Part shown: positions 7,529-17,927 of the stretch, in pieces
Layout: each line of letters starts with the position of its first letter
Numbering within the stretch: the stretch's first letter is position 1
Origin: a virus
Taxonomy: Duplodnaviria; Caudoviricetes
Reading direction: 5' to 3' (one strand)
Length of the DNA: 39,456 bases
IMG/VR virus record: IMGVR_UViG_3300020045_004814
Coordinates: 1 to 39,456 of that record
Notes under the pieces: model-generated
Told to the model about the DNA's origin: nothing
The model's input: the letters and a program-made list of their open reading frames with translations, nothing else
Databases searched by the model: none
Made by a program: the position numbers and the translations under genes

Positions 7529-8564
7529 TTCCTTTTGATTTACGTGTTATTTTTATGTTTCTTCTACCTATTGTTACAGTTCCTGTATCGGTTCTCATAT
7601 ATATTTTACCACCATTAGTGACGAATGTAGCTAATGAAAAGAAGTCTAATATTAATGTTTGGTCGTACGGCACAGTTCCAATAGCTTGAACCCATCCGGT
7701 AAATACTTTATTTGTTCCGGGTGTACTTCCTGAAATATCAATTATACATTCAATAGCGTTTGGAGAACCTGTTTTGGCGGTAACCGTTAAATCAATTCTG
7801 CCGTCATAGTCATCCCCAATTTTTTGGGGTACTATTTTATTTCCAGCCCATAATTGAGCGTTTAAATTATCAGTTGGTATAAAATCAGTATTTGTTAAAG
7901 ACCCTAATGAATCAATAGTAATTTGAGTGTATGACGTACCTACCGATATTGTTGGTGTAGAAAGTGAATCAGTATAATAACCCCACCCTAATGGTCTGTA
8001 AAAAGGTTGATTATAAATACTTGGGAACGTTTGCTCACGGTCAATAAGCTCTAATTTGAAACCGTCAACACTTAATTTAGTACCAATTGTATCGCAATTT
8101 GCCGAGAATTGAAAACTAAGTACGTCGCCAGCTTCTAAATGTAAATTCTGAAAATAACAATTCCAATTACCATTTACAAAACCGCTACTATCATAAAGAT
8201 TTTGCGTAAATATGTTATAAGCTAATAAAACTCCGTTTACATAAACTTGAACTTGGAAATTGCAATCAGCATCGTTATCGTCTTTAAAGAATCTGTATGA
8301 TAAAATATAATTCCCGTCTTTTGTAATTGTTGTATCGGTTTGCTCCCCACCGCTATTGAAAACAATATCACTATTCCCTGTAAAGGTCAAAAGCAATGAT
8401 CTATTGCCATCAAATGTATTTACAATATTATCCTCTACAACCGCATTATCCCCGCCTGAAACGATATTCCATAGGAAATAATTATTGAAAGTCATAAAGT
8501 ATGGTAGTAAGTTTTCAGCGTATTCTACCGTATATTGGTGCGCTAATGTTGCTGGTGTACTCAT
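7518..8564 (-). CDS. Minor tail protein with a probable carbohydrate-binding beta-sandwich domain
   Basis: ENLL...VDGFKLE bracket typical of CBM-like jelly rolls; position in tail module. Confidence 0.6.
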   Translation of the reverse strand: MSTPATLAHQYTVEYAENLLPYFMTFNNYFLWNIVSGGDNAVVEDNIVNTFDGNRSLLLTFTGNSDIVFNSGGEQTDTTITKDGNYILSYRFFKDDNDADCNFQVQVYVNGVLLAYNIFTQNLYDSSGFVNGNWNCYFQNLHLEAGDVLSFQFSANCDTIGTKLSVDGFKLELIDREQTFPSIYNQPFYRPLGWGYYTDSLSTPTISVGTSYTQITIDSLGSLTNTDFIPTDNLNAQLWAGNKIVPQKIGDDYDGRIDLTVTAKTGSPNAIECIIDISGSTPGTNKVFTGWVQAIGTVPYDQTLILDFFSLATFVTNGGKIYMRTDTGTVTIGRRNIKITRKSKGNGV

Positions 8565-8980
8565 AGTATTACAGGATATGAAATGTTAATGTTTTCAGTC
8601 GTTCCGCTTGGCATTGTACCGTCTAAATATAAACCGTTTGAGGTTAGTCTAAATTTACTGTTATTAAACTGAATGTCTTGAGCTGGTGCAAATTCAGTTA
8701 TGGTATAACCGTTAGCAATCTTTACGCCTCCTAGAGATATTAAAGCATTGTTATCAATAAAACCCGATACGTTAACCATACGCCCTGTCTTTGTAAATAA
8801 TAGCTCATACCCGAAGTTTGAGCCTATTACAGTAAGTATCGCTGTATCGGATTGAGTGGTTTCGATTGGTGTAGCATATATTTCATCTACTATTGCGTTA
8901 TTTGCGTTACGGTGCTTTGTAACAGATACCAATGATGTGATAAAACCGTTTAAAGCCGTTGTTAATGCTGATTTTGTCAT
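8561..8980 (-). CDS. Minor tail protein
   Basis: Position; KTGRMVNVSG beta motif. Confidence 0.55.
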   Translation of the reverse strand: MTKSALTTALNGFITSLVSVTKHRNANNAIVDEIYATPIETTQSDTAILTVIGSNFGYELLFTKTGRMVNVSGFIDNNALISLGGVKIANGYTITEFAPAQDIQFNNSKFRLTSNGLYLDGTMPSGTTENINISYPVIL

Positions 8981-8984
8981 AATT

Positions 8985-10103
8985 CTAATTTATAAAGTAT
9001 TCGTTACTGTATTGTGTTCCGTCATAATCACCTGTGCCAATAGTAAATAACCATTCATTCAATGTATATCCATTTATTGCATTTGGCAATATAACTACTG
9101 AATATTCTCCTGATATGTAAGTAAAAGCCGACCCATCAAAAGATACTACATTTCCAGCTAAAGATAATAGATATGTTCCAATTAAAGAACCATTTATGTA
9201 AACTTTTGCAACTGATCCGCTTGTTATTGATGCGTTACGGTTAAAAGTCATTGTAAAAAGTCCGTTAAAGGTAGTTAGTAAAGCACCATTTAAAGGATTT
9301 AGTACAGCCGTTAACTCAGGGTATAACTGTAATGCATCATTAATATATTCATCTTTAGGATTAACTAAAAAATCACACGTTAACCAATTTACATCACTTG
9401 TACGCTCGTTTGTCTTAAACTCGGATATTGATACCCTTTGATTGTTTAAGTAAATAAAAGGATGTGCAAATAAATAACTTAGTCTATCATTGGTAAAGAA
9501 ATCTAATTTTTCAAATATGTATTTCCTTAAATAAGTAGTAATGTTTCTGTAATTAACTTGATACCCTACTGAGTTAGTAAATTCTTTAAACTCTGTTAAG
9601 TTCTCAGGATTATTGTAAAAGCAATTTGATAAACGTACTGATTGTTTATAAGGCATTAAATCATAAGAAGTACCTCTGAAATAGTTTTGATCGAAATATA
9701 TTAATTTACTTGATAAACCTATTCTATTATCCGTTACTTTGAATACATTACTAAAGTATTCCAATCCATTTACTAAATCGGTAATCTTTAAAAATATATC
9801 CTTTTCGTAATAATCTTTACCAATAAAACCAAATTCAAAAGCTATTTGATAAATTCCATTTCTATCTTGAAAACCCTCATAATAGAAATTCTCATCAATG
9901 TTCTGTAATACATTTCCATTACATCCTATTAAATCAACTTTTATAGCTCCAGCAAAAGTAATATTTAGTTTGTCATCGGTAATCTGAAATATCGTTTCAT
10001 CAGTTCCTAATTGAATGCAAGGATTATTAAATAGACTTGCAACTGGAGGATTGTCCGATATTTTCGCACTATTAAAATCGGTAAAGAATTTTATAAAACT
10101 CAT
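8985..10103 (-). CDS. Tail structural protein with possible Ig-like C-terminal domain
   Basis: Position; TMTFN...EYSVVILPNAI resembles Big_5-like strands. Confidence 0.55.
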   Translation of the reverse strand: MSFIKFFTDFNSAKISDNPPVASLFNNPCIQLGTDETIFQITDDKLNITFAGAIKVDLIGCNGNVLQNIDENFYYEGFQDRNGIYQIAFEFGFIGKDYYEKDIFLKITDLVNGLEYFSNVFKVTDNRIGLSSKLIYFDQNYFRGTSYDLMPYKQSVRLSNCFYNNPENLTEFKEFTNSVGYQVNYRNITTYLRKYIFEKLDFFTNDRLSYLFAHPFIYLNNQRVSISEFKTNERTSDVNWLTCDFLVNPKDEYINDALQLYPELTAVLNPLNGALLTTFNGLFTMTFNRNASITSGSVAKVYINGSLIGTYLLSLAGNVVSFDGSAFTYISGEYSVVILPNAINGYTLNEWLFTIGTGDYDGTQYSNEYFIN

Positions 10104-12700
10104 AATGCTATAAGCGCAGAAACTAATTCTGCTTTTGTATTATATTTAACACCGTTCAAAAATACGAAACTATATTTATAATCATTACAAATAGGTATAT
10201 TATTTTCATCATACGCTTTGAAATAATCGTTATTAAATATCCACCAATTAGATATACCGTTTAAATTATAAGCTGTGTCGTTTACGGTTAGTATTCCTGA
10301 TGAATAAGTTAAAATAAGATATTCAGTTTCATACTTCTGCTCCCCTGTAACTATTAATTCATTTGTTGCAAATGTTTGTTTAAAATCATTTGGGTATATC
10401 TTAGTAACTTTACCATTATAATCATAGCATCTTATAAACCCTCTTTTAGTTTTATATAAGTCGAAATACGCTAATACTTGTGCAAATTCAGCACCCAATG
10501 ATACCTTATACATTTTGCCAGTTATAAGTGGGGTTTTAAGGTATTCATAATTAACTATTGCATTTTCTGTTATTATTGCGCCTCCTGTAAGTTGTGAAGT
10601 AAAACCTCCATTGCTTTTGAAGTATGCATTTTTCATAAATGATTTACGGTACATCAAAACAGCACCCAAATAACGACCCCAATAGTTTAAGATATTTCTT
10701 TTTATGGTATATCTCATATTGTAATATTTCTTTGTACTGCTAATAGACTGAACCAAAGAAAATCCCTCGTCTGTTCTTGTTGTATATCCTACATTATTAT
10801 AAAACCATTTTATTCTTAAAAATCCATTGCCTTGAAATGTTGGAGTAAATCCAATCGGTTGCAAACGTATAGATGTAGAGTTAAATTGCAATATCGTATA
10901 ATTACCAACATTTACGCCTTCTAATATTTGGAACGATCCACCAACTGCCATCCCTAATAAAGTCCATTTAAAAGAAATATCGTTTTCTTCTGTGCTGCTA
11001 TCTCTGTTTAATATCTCTAAAATTCCTCCATCGATACGCATTAATAATCGATTAGAAAAACTACCAAATGAACTCGGTGCAAGTGGTAAAATGTCCTTTA
11101 TGTAAACTTTGTCGTCATCTTCCGTCGATGTTGTAGGTTCAACGATTTCAAGTGTAACAATTGACTGAATAGCGAAACTATCCCGCACCATATCAATTTT
11201 AATATCTTTTTTATTCTCTACCATACGGTTATCAGGTGTCCAACTGCTATCCGTATGAAACGCTTCATCAGTATTGGTTGAACTTCTATTTTGCTCATAG
11301 GTTTTATAACCGTAATTAAATGAATTAATCATTAAACGGTCGTTGTAACTTTCTTTTATATCGTTATCCGGTAAAACATTAAATACTCCTATTTCATCAT
11401 TGGTATAAAAATCCTCATCTAATCCAATAAATATTTTATCCTCGTCTATTTCATTATCACAATTAACCTCTTGCAAATCCTCCCAAAGTGTCTTGTTTGA
11501 CGTGTAAAAGAAATCGGTACGTTGTGATACCATTCTACGGTTAAATACGGCTTGTTCATAAAACTCGCCACCAACGTCAAAACGTGGTGCAACTACCGGC
11601 AAATCATTTACAAACTTACTTCCTTGTTTTATTAAATCAATGTATCTTGATGCTTTTTGTATAATGTCAATTGATACCGATGTAAGCGATATTTTAACAT
11701 CCATTGATGTATATTTAACTCTTACTGCACCACCCTCAACACGAAAGTAAATGAAAACGTAATCCCCTCTTTTAATGTTTGGGATGTTTAAAGTATAAGA
11801 ATTATTAAATTGCTCATTTACAAATATCTGATCTATAATGTATGTTGTTTCTCCAACTACTGCATTTGTACCTACTTTAACAGCAAGCGTAACATTACCA
11901 TTCAATCCTATAACGCCATTATCAAATTGCTGTATAAGGATGTTTTTAAAGTCGATTTTTACATCAAAAAACTCATCAACAGCTTTTAAATATTTAAAAT
12001 CATTCGGTTGTCCCGCCCCTTGAATGTAAGATAAAGTACTTCTTATTTCGCTTTTTTGTATAGCATTACTAAAATTAAAGGAACTCTCAGCGTCTAAAAG
12101 AAATGTTTTAGGGTCTGATAATCCGTACGTCCAAATACTCTCTTGTGCTAATGGTAACGCCTTATGTAATAGATTAAATGTAGGTATTGGTGTAATAGTT
12201 TCATTACGTACGTTTTTATCACTAAAAGCGTTGAATTTAGTATCTAAATGCCTTTTATAGTCTGCTATTTGGCTGTTTTGAATAAGTTTGCAACTGAAAT
12301 AAGTATAACCATCTGTCAAATCCTTTTCGGTAAAGTCTAATACACCGACCGAAAACTGTACATTATCTTTTTCAATTACGTATTCAATATTACTTTCAAA
12401 TCCAAATTCGTTATTGATTGACTGCAACCATTGGAAACCGTAATCTAAATACTCCGAACTATCCCCTTGCGGGTTTATTTGTTGGAATACTCCTGTAAAT
12501 TCTGCTGTTGTATTTGGGAATGTTATTTTATCAATTGCGCAATAGTTTGTATCTCTAGCGTATTTCTTAGGCTCTTGTACCTTTTCAAATTGCGCCTTAG
12601 TAAATCCATCCGGTTCTGATATTTGGTATAAATCAGTACGCCCTAAAGATAGAAACCTAAGGTAATGTTTGAAAGAAGATGTTTCAAGTGGGTTGTTCAT
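10100..12700 (-). CDS. Large tail-tip/hub protein
   Basis: 866 aa, beta-rich, immediately downstream of the tape measure gene. Confidence 0.6.
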   Translation of the reverse strand: MNNPLETSSFKHYLRFLSLGRTDLYQISEPDGFTKAQFEKVQEPKKYARDTNYCAIDKITFPNTTAEFTGVFQQINPQGDSSEYLDYGFQWLQSINNEFGFESNIEYVIEKDNVQFSVGVLDFTEKDLTDGYTYFSCKLIQNSQIADYKRHLDTKFNAFSDKNVRNETITPIPTFNLLHKALPLAQESIWTYGLSDPKTFLLDAESSFNFSNAIQKSEIRSTLSYIQGAGQPNDFKYLKAVDEFFDVKIDFKNILIQQFDNGVIGLNGNVTLAVKVGTNAVVGETTYIIDQIFVNEQFNNSYTLNIPNIKRGDYVFIYFRVEGGAVRVKYTSMDVKISLTSVSIDIIQKASRYIDLIKQGSKFVNDLPVVAPRFDVGGEFYEQAVFNRRMVSQRTDFFYTSNKTLWEDLQEVNCDNEIDEDKIFIGLDEDFYTNDEIGVFNVLPDNDIKESYNDRLMINSFNYGYKTYEQNRSSTNTDEAFHTDSSWTPDNRMVENKKDIKIDMVRDSFAIQSIVTLEIVEPTTSTEDDDKVYIKDILPLAPSSFGSFSNRLLMRIDGGILEILNRDSSTEENDISFKWTLLGMAVGGSFQILEGVNVGNYTILQFNSTSIRLQPIGFTPTFQGNGFLRIKWFYNNVGYTTRTDEGFSLVQSISSTKKYYNMRYTIKRNILNYWGRYLGAVLMYRKSFMKNAYFKSNGGFTSQLTGGAIITENAIVNYEYLKTPLITGKMYKVSLGAEFAQVLAYFDLYKTKRGFIRCYDYNGKVTKIYPNDFKQTFATNELIVTGEQKYETEYLILTYSSGILTVNDTAYNLNGISNWWIFNNDYFKAYDENNIPICNDYKYSFVFLNGVKYNTKAELVSALIAL

Positions 12701-15405
12701 TATACTGATTGTCCTTTAAATGTTGTACGCTCTTTTATTGTATTTCCTTTTTTGATATAGGTACGTATTCCGTTGCTATCAAATACTTGCTTCAACTCTT
12801 CTTTATTATTAATAGCATCCACAATAGGCATAATATTTAATTGCGAAACGTTTGAGCTATTACGGTTCATGTCAATTCCATTACTTGCTAATATACTATT
12901 CAATCCAACATCAAACATCATAGCTGTTTTATTTGCATCAAATACTTTATCTCCTTTATTTAAATTGGTTAACACCGCACCGCTGTCACTACCTAATGAT
13001 TTGATTTTACCAAATCTATCTGTAATGATCTCACGCCCTCTTTCTTGTGTTAACGCCATACCATCAGGAGCGTTATCTGTTCCAGTCCAAAACTCAGGTA
13101 TTTTTTGTGCTGCAGTAAAAGCTAATTGTGCTGCAGTAATCGCTCCTGTTGCAATCACTAAAGGAAGTCCGGCCGGAAGTGGAGTACTTGCTAATGTTGC
13201 TACTATTGCCTGAGCACCATCAATAGCAATATTAAACAATGCTTGTTGTTTTTCCGCTTGGAACTGTTTACGTTTGATAGCTTTTTGTTTCTCCTGATAT
13301 TGTTTTTCAATTTCCTCTTTAGCCGTTGCACTTTCTCCTGCAAATAACAAAGCTACATCACGCTCTTTTGTAAGGTTTAATAATTGGTTTTCAAAGTTGG
13401 CATTTGACATTTCAAATATCTTGTTGAAGGTGTCTTGAGCTACATCTCCAATAGATTTAAAATATATTGCAAATTCTTCTTTACCTTTTTTAGCTCCCTC
13501 AATTAATTTATCAAATGTAGATTTACCTTGAGCGTCAAAATCAGTAAACATTTTTAAGGATTCGAAACCCATATCTTTTAAAGCTCCATCTACAAAATCT
13601 TCTTGGATTGTTTTTATATATTCTTTAGCGGATTCATTTAATTTCATCCATCTTACTTGGTCCGCATATACTTGTTCATCTGATAATTCAATACCTTGAG
13701 ATGCTTCTTCTACTTGTTTGATTGATCCAAATAATTGATTATAAATTTCTTTTTGAAGTTGTAACAATCCGTTAATTGTATCGTATGCTACGCTTGTTCT
13801 ATCAATACCAGCTAATTGTTTTTCTAATGCTGCTATATTTGTTTCAAATGCAATCTTAGAATTTGTTTGTACTTGCGCTTCTGTTTCAATTTCTTTTTTC
13901 TTTGCCTCTGTTTTCGATTTAACTCCTTTTTCTTCTTTGTAATCTAATAATATTGCCTCTTTTTGTTTCTCAATGGCAAAAGAAGTAAGTGTATTATTTA
14001 TTTTATTAAGGTTTGATAAATCAGTATTAATACTGTTTAATTCTCTTGTTGCTCCAGCTAATTTAGTGATTGCAACGGTAGATAAATCATAAGTACCAGC
14101 AACAGTACCCCCACCAATAACCTGACTTTGTACTTGTTGCTGTCTTGTTACTTCCGCCTGATATTTAGCCTGTTCTTTTAATACCTCAAGTTTACGGATT
14201 TCTAAATCAATAATTTTACTTTGATTTTCAGTGATTTTTGAAACCGCAGCGTTCGCCTTAGCTCTCGATAAAATAGCATCCGTTAACTCTCTTTCAGCTA
14301 TTGCTGTTTTTCCAGCTAATATTTCTTCTGTTTTTAAATTACCAAAATAAGCGGGATATGTATCTTGTAACTCTTTAACCGCAATCATTCGCTCTTTATA
14401 GGTTAAAGCTGTATCTTTTGCTATAGCAAGTAATGATTTTAATTTTAAAGTTTCTTCTACGGCATTTTTTGCACCAGTTGTTGAAGCTTCGTTTAATTGT
14501 TTTTGACTTTCTTTTAACGCATCAACTGCAGAAGTACTTTTAAAAGCCTGACTAATAAAATTACCTATTTCTTTACCGTAAACAGTAAGTAAAGTAATAC
14601 CAATACCCATTAATGTTTGCCAACTTAAAAAAGCACCCGATAATTGCGACAATACGCTTGTAGTTGGTTTACCTTGAGCGACTAATTCCTTATTTTGTTT
14701 AATAGCATTACCAATCGCATCTGTAAATATTGGAATATTATTAGAAAGTGCCATAAATCCAGTCTGCACCGAATATGTAAAGGCTGGCATTTCACGTGTT
14801 AACTGATTTATTGAATTAGATAAAGGATTGAAAGAACCTGCATAATTACCTACATTACGTTGATATTTGCCTGTAGTAGCGTCAACTGCTTTCAAAACTT
14901 TATCGTATTTCTGTATAGAACCTTGTAAACGGTTATAAGTCTGTTCCTCTTGATTTGTCAGTTTTAAACCTAACTCTCTACGTGTTGCAAGTCCTTTATA
15001 TTCGTTATTTAAGGCATTTAATTTAGCCTGTACTTTGTTGTATACATTTTGGCTTGCCTCAAGTTTAGCATTTTCTCGGTCTAATGCTTTCTCACTTCTT
15101 GTGCGTGCAGTAGCTAAACTTATTTCTGATTTTTCTAATGCGTTGTTACTTATTTTTGTACGGTTTTGAGCCTGTGCGTAACGTTCTAATTTAATCTGCA
15201 AATCAGTAATTACTTTTTGTTGCTTTGTATATTCAGCATTAAGTTGTTTTATTGCACTATCAGAACCGCTTGGAGTTTTAATAGACTGCATTGCTGTACC
15301 CGCCTTACCAATATTTGAAATAAGAGTTGTAATCTCCGTGTTTGCAGTCCGTAAGTCTTTTAAAGCATTTTCTTCTAATATCGATATAAATTCTCCGCTT
15401 GCCAT
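12700..15405 (-). CDS. Tail tape measure protein
   Basis: 901 aa, Ala/Lys/Gln-rich helical sequence, YQRNVGNY motif, hydrophobic segments, C-terminal ERGREII motif. Confidence 0.88.
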   Translation of the reverse strand: MASGEFISILEENALKDLRTANTEITTLISNIGKAGTAMQSIKTPSGSDSAIKQLNAEYTKQQKVITDLQIKLERYAQAQNRTKISNNALEKSEISLATARTRSEKALDRENAKLEASQNVYNKVQAKLNALNNEYKGLATRRELGLKLTNQEEQTYNRLQGSIQKYDKVLKAVDATTGKYQRNVGNYAGSFNPLSNSINQLTREMPAFTYSVQTGFMALSNNIPIFTDAIGNAIKQNKELVAQGKPTTSVLSQLSGAFLSWQTLMGIGITLLTVYGKEIGNFISQAFKSTSAVDALKESQKQLNEASTTGAKNAVEETLKLKSLLAIAKDTALTYKERMIAVKELQDTYPAYFGNLKTEEILAGKTAIAERELTDAILSRAKANAAVSKITENQSKIIDLEIRKLEVLKEQAKYQAEVTRQQQVQSQVIGGGTVAGTYDLSTVAITKLAGATRELNSINTDLSNLNKINNTLTSFAIEKQKEAILLDYKEEKGVKSKTEAKKKEIETEAQVQTNSKIAFETNIAALEKQLAGIDRTSVAYDTINGLLQLQKEIYNQLFGSIKQVEEASQGIELSDEQVYADQVRWMKLNESAKEYIKTIQEDFVDGALKDMGFESLKMFTDFDAQGKSTFDKLIEGAKKGKEEFAIYFKSIGDVAQDTFNKIFEMSNANFENQLLNLTKERDVALLFAGESATAKEEIEKQYQEKQKAIKRKQFQAEKQQALFNIAIDGAQAIVATLASTPLPAGLPLVIATGAITAAQLAFTAAQKIPEFWTGTDNAPDGMALTQERGREIITDRFGKIKSLGSDSGAVLTNLNKGDKVFDANKTAMMFDVGLNSILASNGIDMNRNSSNVSQLNIMPIVDAINNKEELKQVFDSNGIRTYIKKGNTIKERTTFKGQSV

Positions 15406-15995
15406 TATTTCTTTTGTTTTGACTGTTCAACAATCTTTTTTGCTTTCTTCTCGTAAGCTATGTATTTATCTAACTTAATCCCGTCCTTTATGTTATTGTT
15501 TAAAACACCCTCAAGGTTGACAATGTTTTCCTCGTAATCAAATGCTTTTTTCTTACTGTTTGACGCAAGACTTTTAAAAGCCATTTCTTCAAACTGTAAA
15601 TCATTCTCAAGGATACCGATTTCAATCGTTAAAATACGCTTTACCTCGTCTATGAATGGTGCATTACTATCTATTTCAATTCCATAACCCTCTTTAAGAG
15701 ATTCAATGAATTCCTCTCGCATTTCCTGAGTAGTTGGATTATAAAAATAAAAGTGTAACGATTGCTTTAAGATATTTATTTTGTATGTTATAAATGCTAT
15801 TTGTTTTGTACATCGTAAATATTCGTTTGCTTCTGGGTTGTCAGACTTCAAAAAGAACTCATCGTAAATAGATATGAAAACCTTATCCAAATCCTTTTCA
15901 CGTGGTTTTGGTTTTAGATTTTGATAATTCTTATCCTCAAGTATCGAGAAAAAAACTTTTGCTGGAACTGTATCTATTGAATTGTATTTAGGCAA
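15405..15995 (-). CDS. Probable tail assembly chaperone
   Basis: Helical protein directly upstream of the tape measure gene; positional call only. Confidence 0.45.
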   Translation of the reverse strand: MPKYNSIDTVPAKVFFSILEDKNYQNLKPKPREKDLDKVFISIYDEFFLKSDNPEANEYLRCTKQIAFITYKINILKQSLHFYFYNPTTQEMREEFIESLKEGYGIEIDSNAPFIDEVKRILTIEIGILENDLQFEEMAFKSLASNSKKKAFDYEENIVNLEGVLNNNIKDGIKLDKYIAYEKKAKKIVEQSKQKK

Positions 15996-16440
15996 TTTTC
16001 TGTTCTCTTTTAATTTGTTCTACTAATACCAATCTGTAAATGTCATTTTGTCGAATGTTAAACCAATCCTGATTCAATCCCATTATATCAATTCCATATT
16101 GACTGATTAAATTTCCTGTCTTACTATCGGAACTATCAAATATAAATTTACTATCTGAACCTTTTACAAATAAGCCATTAGTAAACGCCCTTGTTAAAAT
16201 TAAATCGACGTTCCCACGTGCTAATGGATTTCGGGTGTATTTATATTCCTGATAATCAGGATTACGATACTCACCGATTATATTACCATTAGGGCGTAAT
16301 CCATGTTGGAACTCATCAATCTTTTCCTGTTTCAGAGTTTTTTGGTCGCTTAGTACTATATTTCTTACTTTGCTTTGTAGGTAGCTCTGATTTAGTACTG
16401 GTGATAACCTCTTCTGATACTGTAATGCGCTTATTCCCAT
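15988..16440 (-). CDS. Probable neck/tail-completion protein
   Basis: G-RPNG...Y..YK..NP...VDLILT..F pattern of morphogenesis proteins. Confidence 0.5.
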   Translation of the reverse strand: MGISALQYQKRLSPVLNQSYLQSKVRNIVLSDQKTLKQEKIDEFQHGLRPNGNIIGEYRNPDYQEYKYTRNPLARGNVDLILTRAFTNGLFVKGSDSKFIFDSSDSKTGNLISQYGIDIMGLNQDWFNIRQNDIYRLVLVEQIKREQKIA

Positions 16441-16621
16441 TTTGTCCGCAGTCTAAACAATTTTTATCCGTTCCCTTTGTGATGTTTGATAGAAATTCAT
16501 CTATAATGTCATCGTTTTGCTGATTGGTGTGCTTTTTTATCCACTCTACTTGAGCCATTGTAGGCTGTTCTAAAAACCAGTCTGCATCACTTCCGAAAAT
16601 TTGCTTATTAAATATTTCCAT
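16316..16621 (-). CDS. Hypothetical protein (probable start MEIFNKQ)
   Basis: ATG with A-rich leader at 16621; the longer called start lies inside a terminator hairpin. Confidence 0.55.
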   Translation of the reverse strand: MEIFNKQIFGSDADWFLEQPTMAQVEWIKKHTNQQNDDIIDEFLSNITKGTDKNCLDCGQNGNKRITVSEEVITSTKSELPTKQSKKYSTKRPKNSETGKD

Positions 16622-16634
16622 GTTTGTATAAATT

Positions 16635-16708
16635 AAAAAAAATGCAACCAAATTACTGATTGCATTTTCATTCCTATTAACCTTAAAACCATTACCGAAA
16701 CAAATATA
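16635..16708 (-). ncRNA. Candidate ~60 nt small RNA (promoter box, short unstructured segment, terminator)
   Basis: TATATTTG at 16701-16708; hairpin 16639-16668 with an 8-T tail; no ORF in between. Confidence 0.4.
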
Positions 16709-16713
16709 GTGAA

Positions 16714-16911
16714 TTAATTTAAACTTTCTTTATAATCATTTAAAAATTTAATTTCATGGTCTAAAGATTTTTTGCTTATGTTTAATAATTCAGTTTTTAA
16801 ATCTATTTCTTTTTTTAAATATTCGATATTGCATAAGATAATATCTATATTTTTTTGTTGGTTTAAAATCCACAATTCTGTACTTTTTTTATATTCTTTA
16901 TCTGAATCCAT
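16714..16911 (-). CDS. Moron-like hypothetical protein
   Basis: Very AT-rich; own promoter box (16935-16942) behind the major tail terminator. Confidence 0.6.
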   Translation of the reverse strand: MDSDKEYKKSTELWILNQQKNIDIILCNIEYLKKEIDLKTELLNISKKSLDHEIKFLNDYKESLN

Positions 16912-16943
16912 ATTTTTTATAAAATTTATATAATCAAATATAC

Positions 16944-16974
16944 AAAAAAAGCCTTACATTTCTATAAGGCTTTT
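16944..16974 (-). terminator. Intrinsic terminator after the major tail gene
   Basis: AAAAGCCTTA-8 nt-TAAGGCTTTT with a T run on the minus strand. Confidence 0.8.
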
Positions 16975-16992
16975 AATTTATAATAATTCTAA

Positions 16993-17922
16993 TTAAGCAA
17001 CTGGCGTAATCGCAGTAGAAGCTCCCTTATAATAACGGGCTCCAATCTTAGCAACGTCAACATTAGGTGTTACAACCGAGTCGTATAACTGTACTACAAC
17101 TGGTGTAGATGTTGTTAATGTTGCAGTTGGCTCAAATTCGTATTCCTGTGTAGTTGGATTATACATTAAAGTACCCGCCTGAATAACATCAAGAACTCCC
17201 GAAACCGTTACTCTCAAGTTAGCAATTGCAATTCCACCTAAATTAGATGCTTCGTTCATTCCAAATTTAGCCTTGAAGTAAACTTTACCCTCTGATACGT
17301 CTGCACGTCCTGTAATTACAATATCTGTAATAGGTAGTAATCCGTTTGCATCAAATCCTGTTACGCTTCTGTCAAGTACTGCGGTGTATTGATTGTACTG
17401 GTCTGCATTTGTCAATTGTACAGTAGTTGTATTGTTTCCAGATACAGCCCCATCAGTATGGAAATATGTACCTGTATTCAACATTCCTAAGTCGTAACCG
17501 CTAAATGTAGTTCCATTCAAAGAACCCGCAATTGAACCATCTTCAAATACTAAAAGTAATTTGTAAGATTGAAAAGAGTTCATAGAATACAAAGCTCTTG
17601 CAAACGCCCATCCTTTTAAGAATTTAAAAGTAAACATTGGTAGTCCATTTCTAACAACAGACATAATACCGCCTTGATACTCTTCTGTAATTGCTTCTGG
17701 TGTTCCGTTTACCGCTTCAACAGCTCCAAGTACTGGAATAAAAGTACCATCCTGAATTAGTTCGTTTGCTATTGTAGAATCAAAGTCGTCTGTTTCAACG
17801 TCTACCGACCATGCTGGATCAACAGCAATAAAACCTGTAATACGTCCGTTATTGATAACGCAGTCAGGCACTCCCAAATTTTTGCGGGAAGTATCGCAAT
17901 TCTTTTGATTAAATAGTATCAT
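16993..17922 (-). CDS. Major tail (tube) protein
   Basis: 309 aa, Gly/Thr/Val-rich, after the head-tail genes and followed by a terminator. Confidence 0.7.
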   Translation of the reverse strand: MILFNQKNCDTSRKNLGVPDCVINNGRITGFIAVDPAWSVDVETDDFDSTIANELIQDGTFIPVLGAVEAVNGTPEAITEEYQGGIMSVVRNGLPMFTFKFLKGWAFARALYSMNSFQSYKLLLVFEDGSIAGSLNGTTFSGYDLGMLNTGTYFHTDGAVSGNNTTTVQLTNADQYNQYTAVLDRSVTGFDANGLLPITDIVITGRADVSEGKVYFKAKFGMNEASNLGGIAIANLRVTVSGVLDVIQAGTLMYNPTTQEYEFEPTATLTTSTPVVVQLYDSVVTPNVDVAKIGARYYKGASTAITPVA

Positions 17923-17927
17923 ATTTT

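Noticed and set aside
6422-8564. Diversity-generating retroelement or invertible tail-fibre system
   Set aside because: No reverse transcriptase, invertase or template/variable repeat pair was seen.
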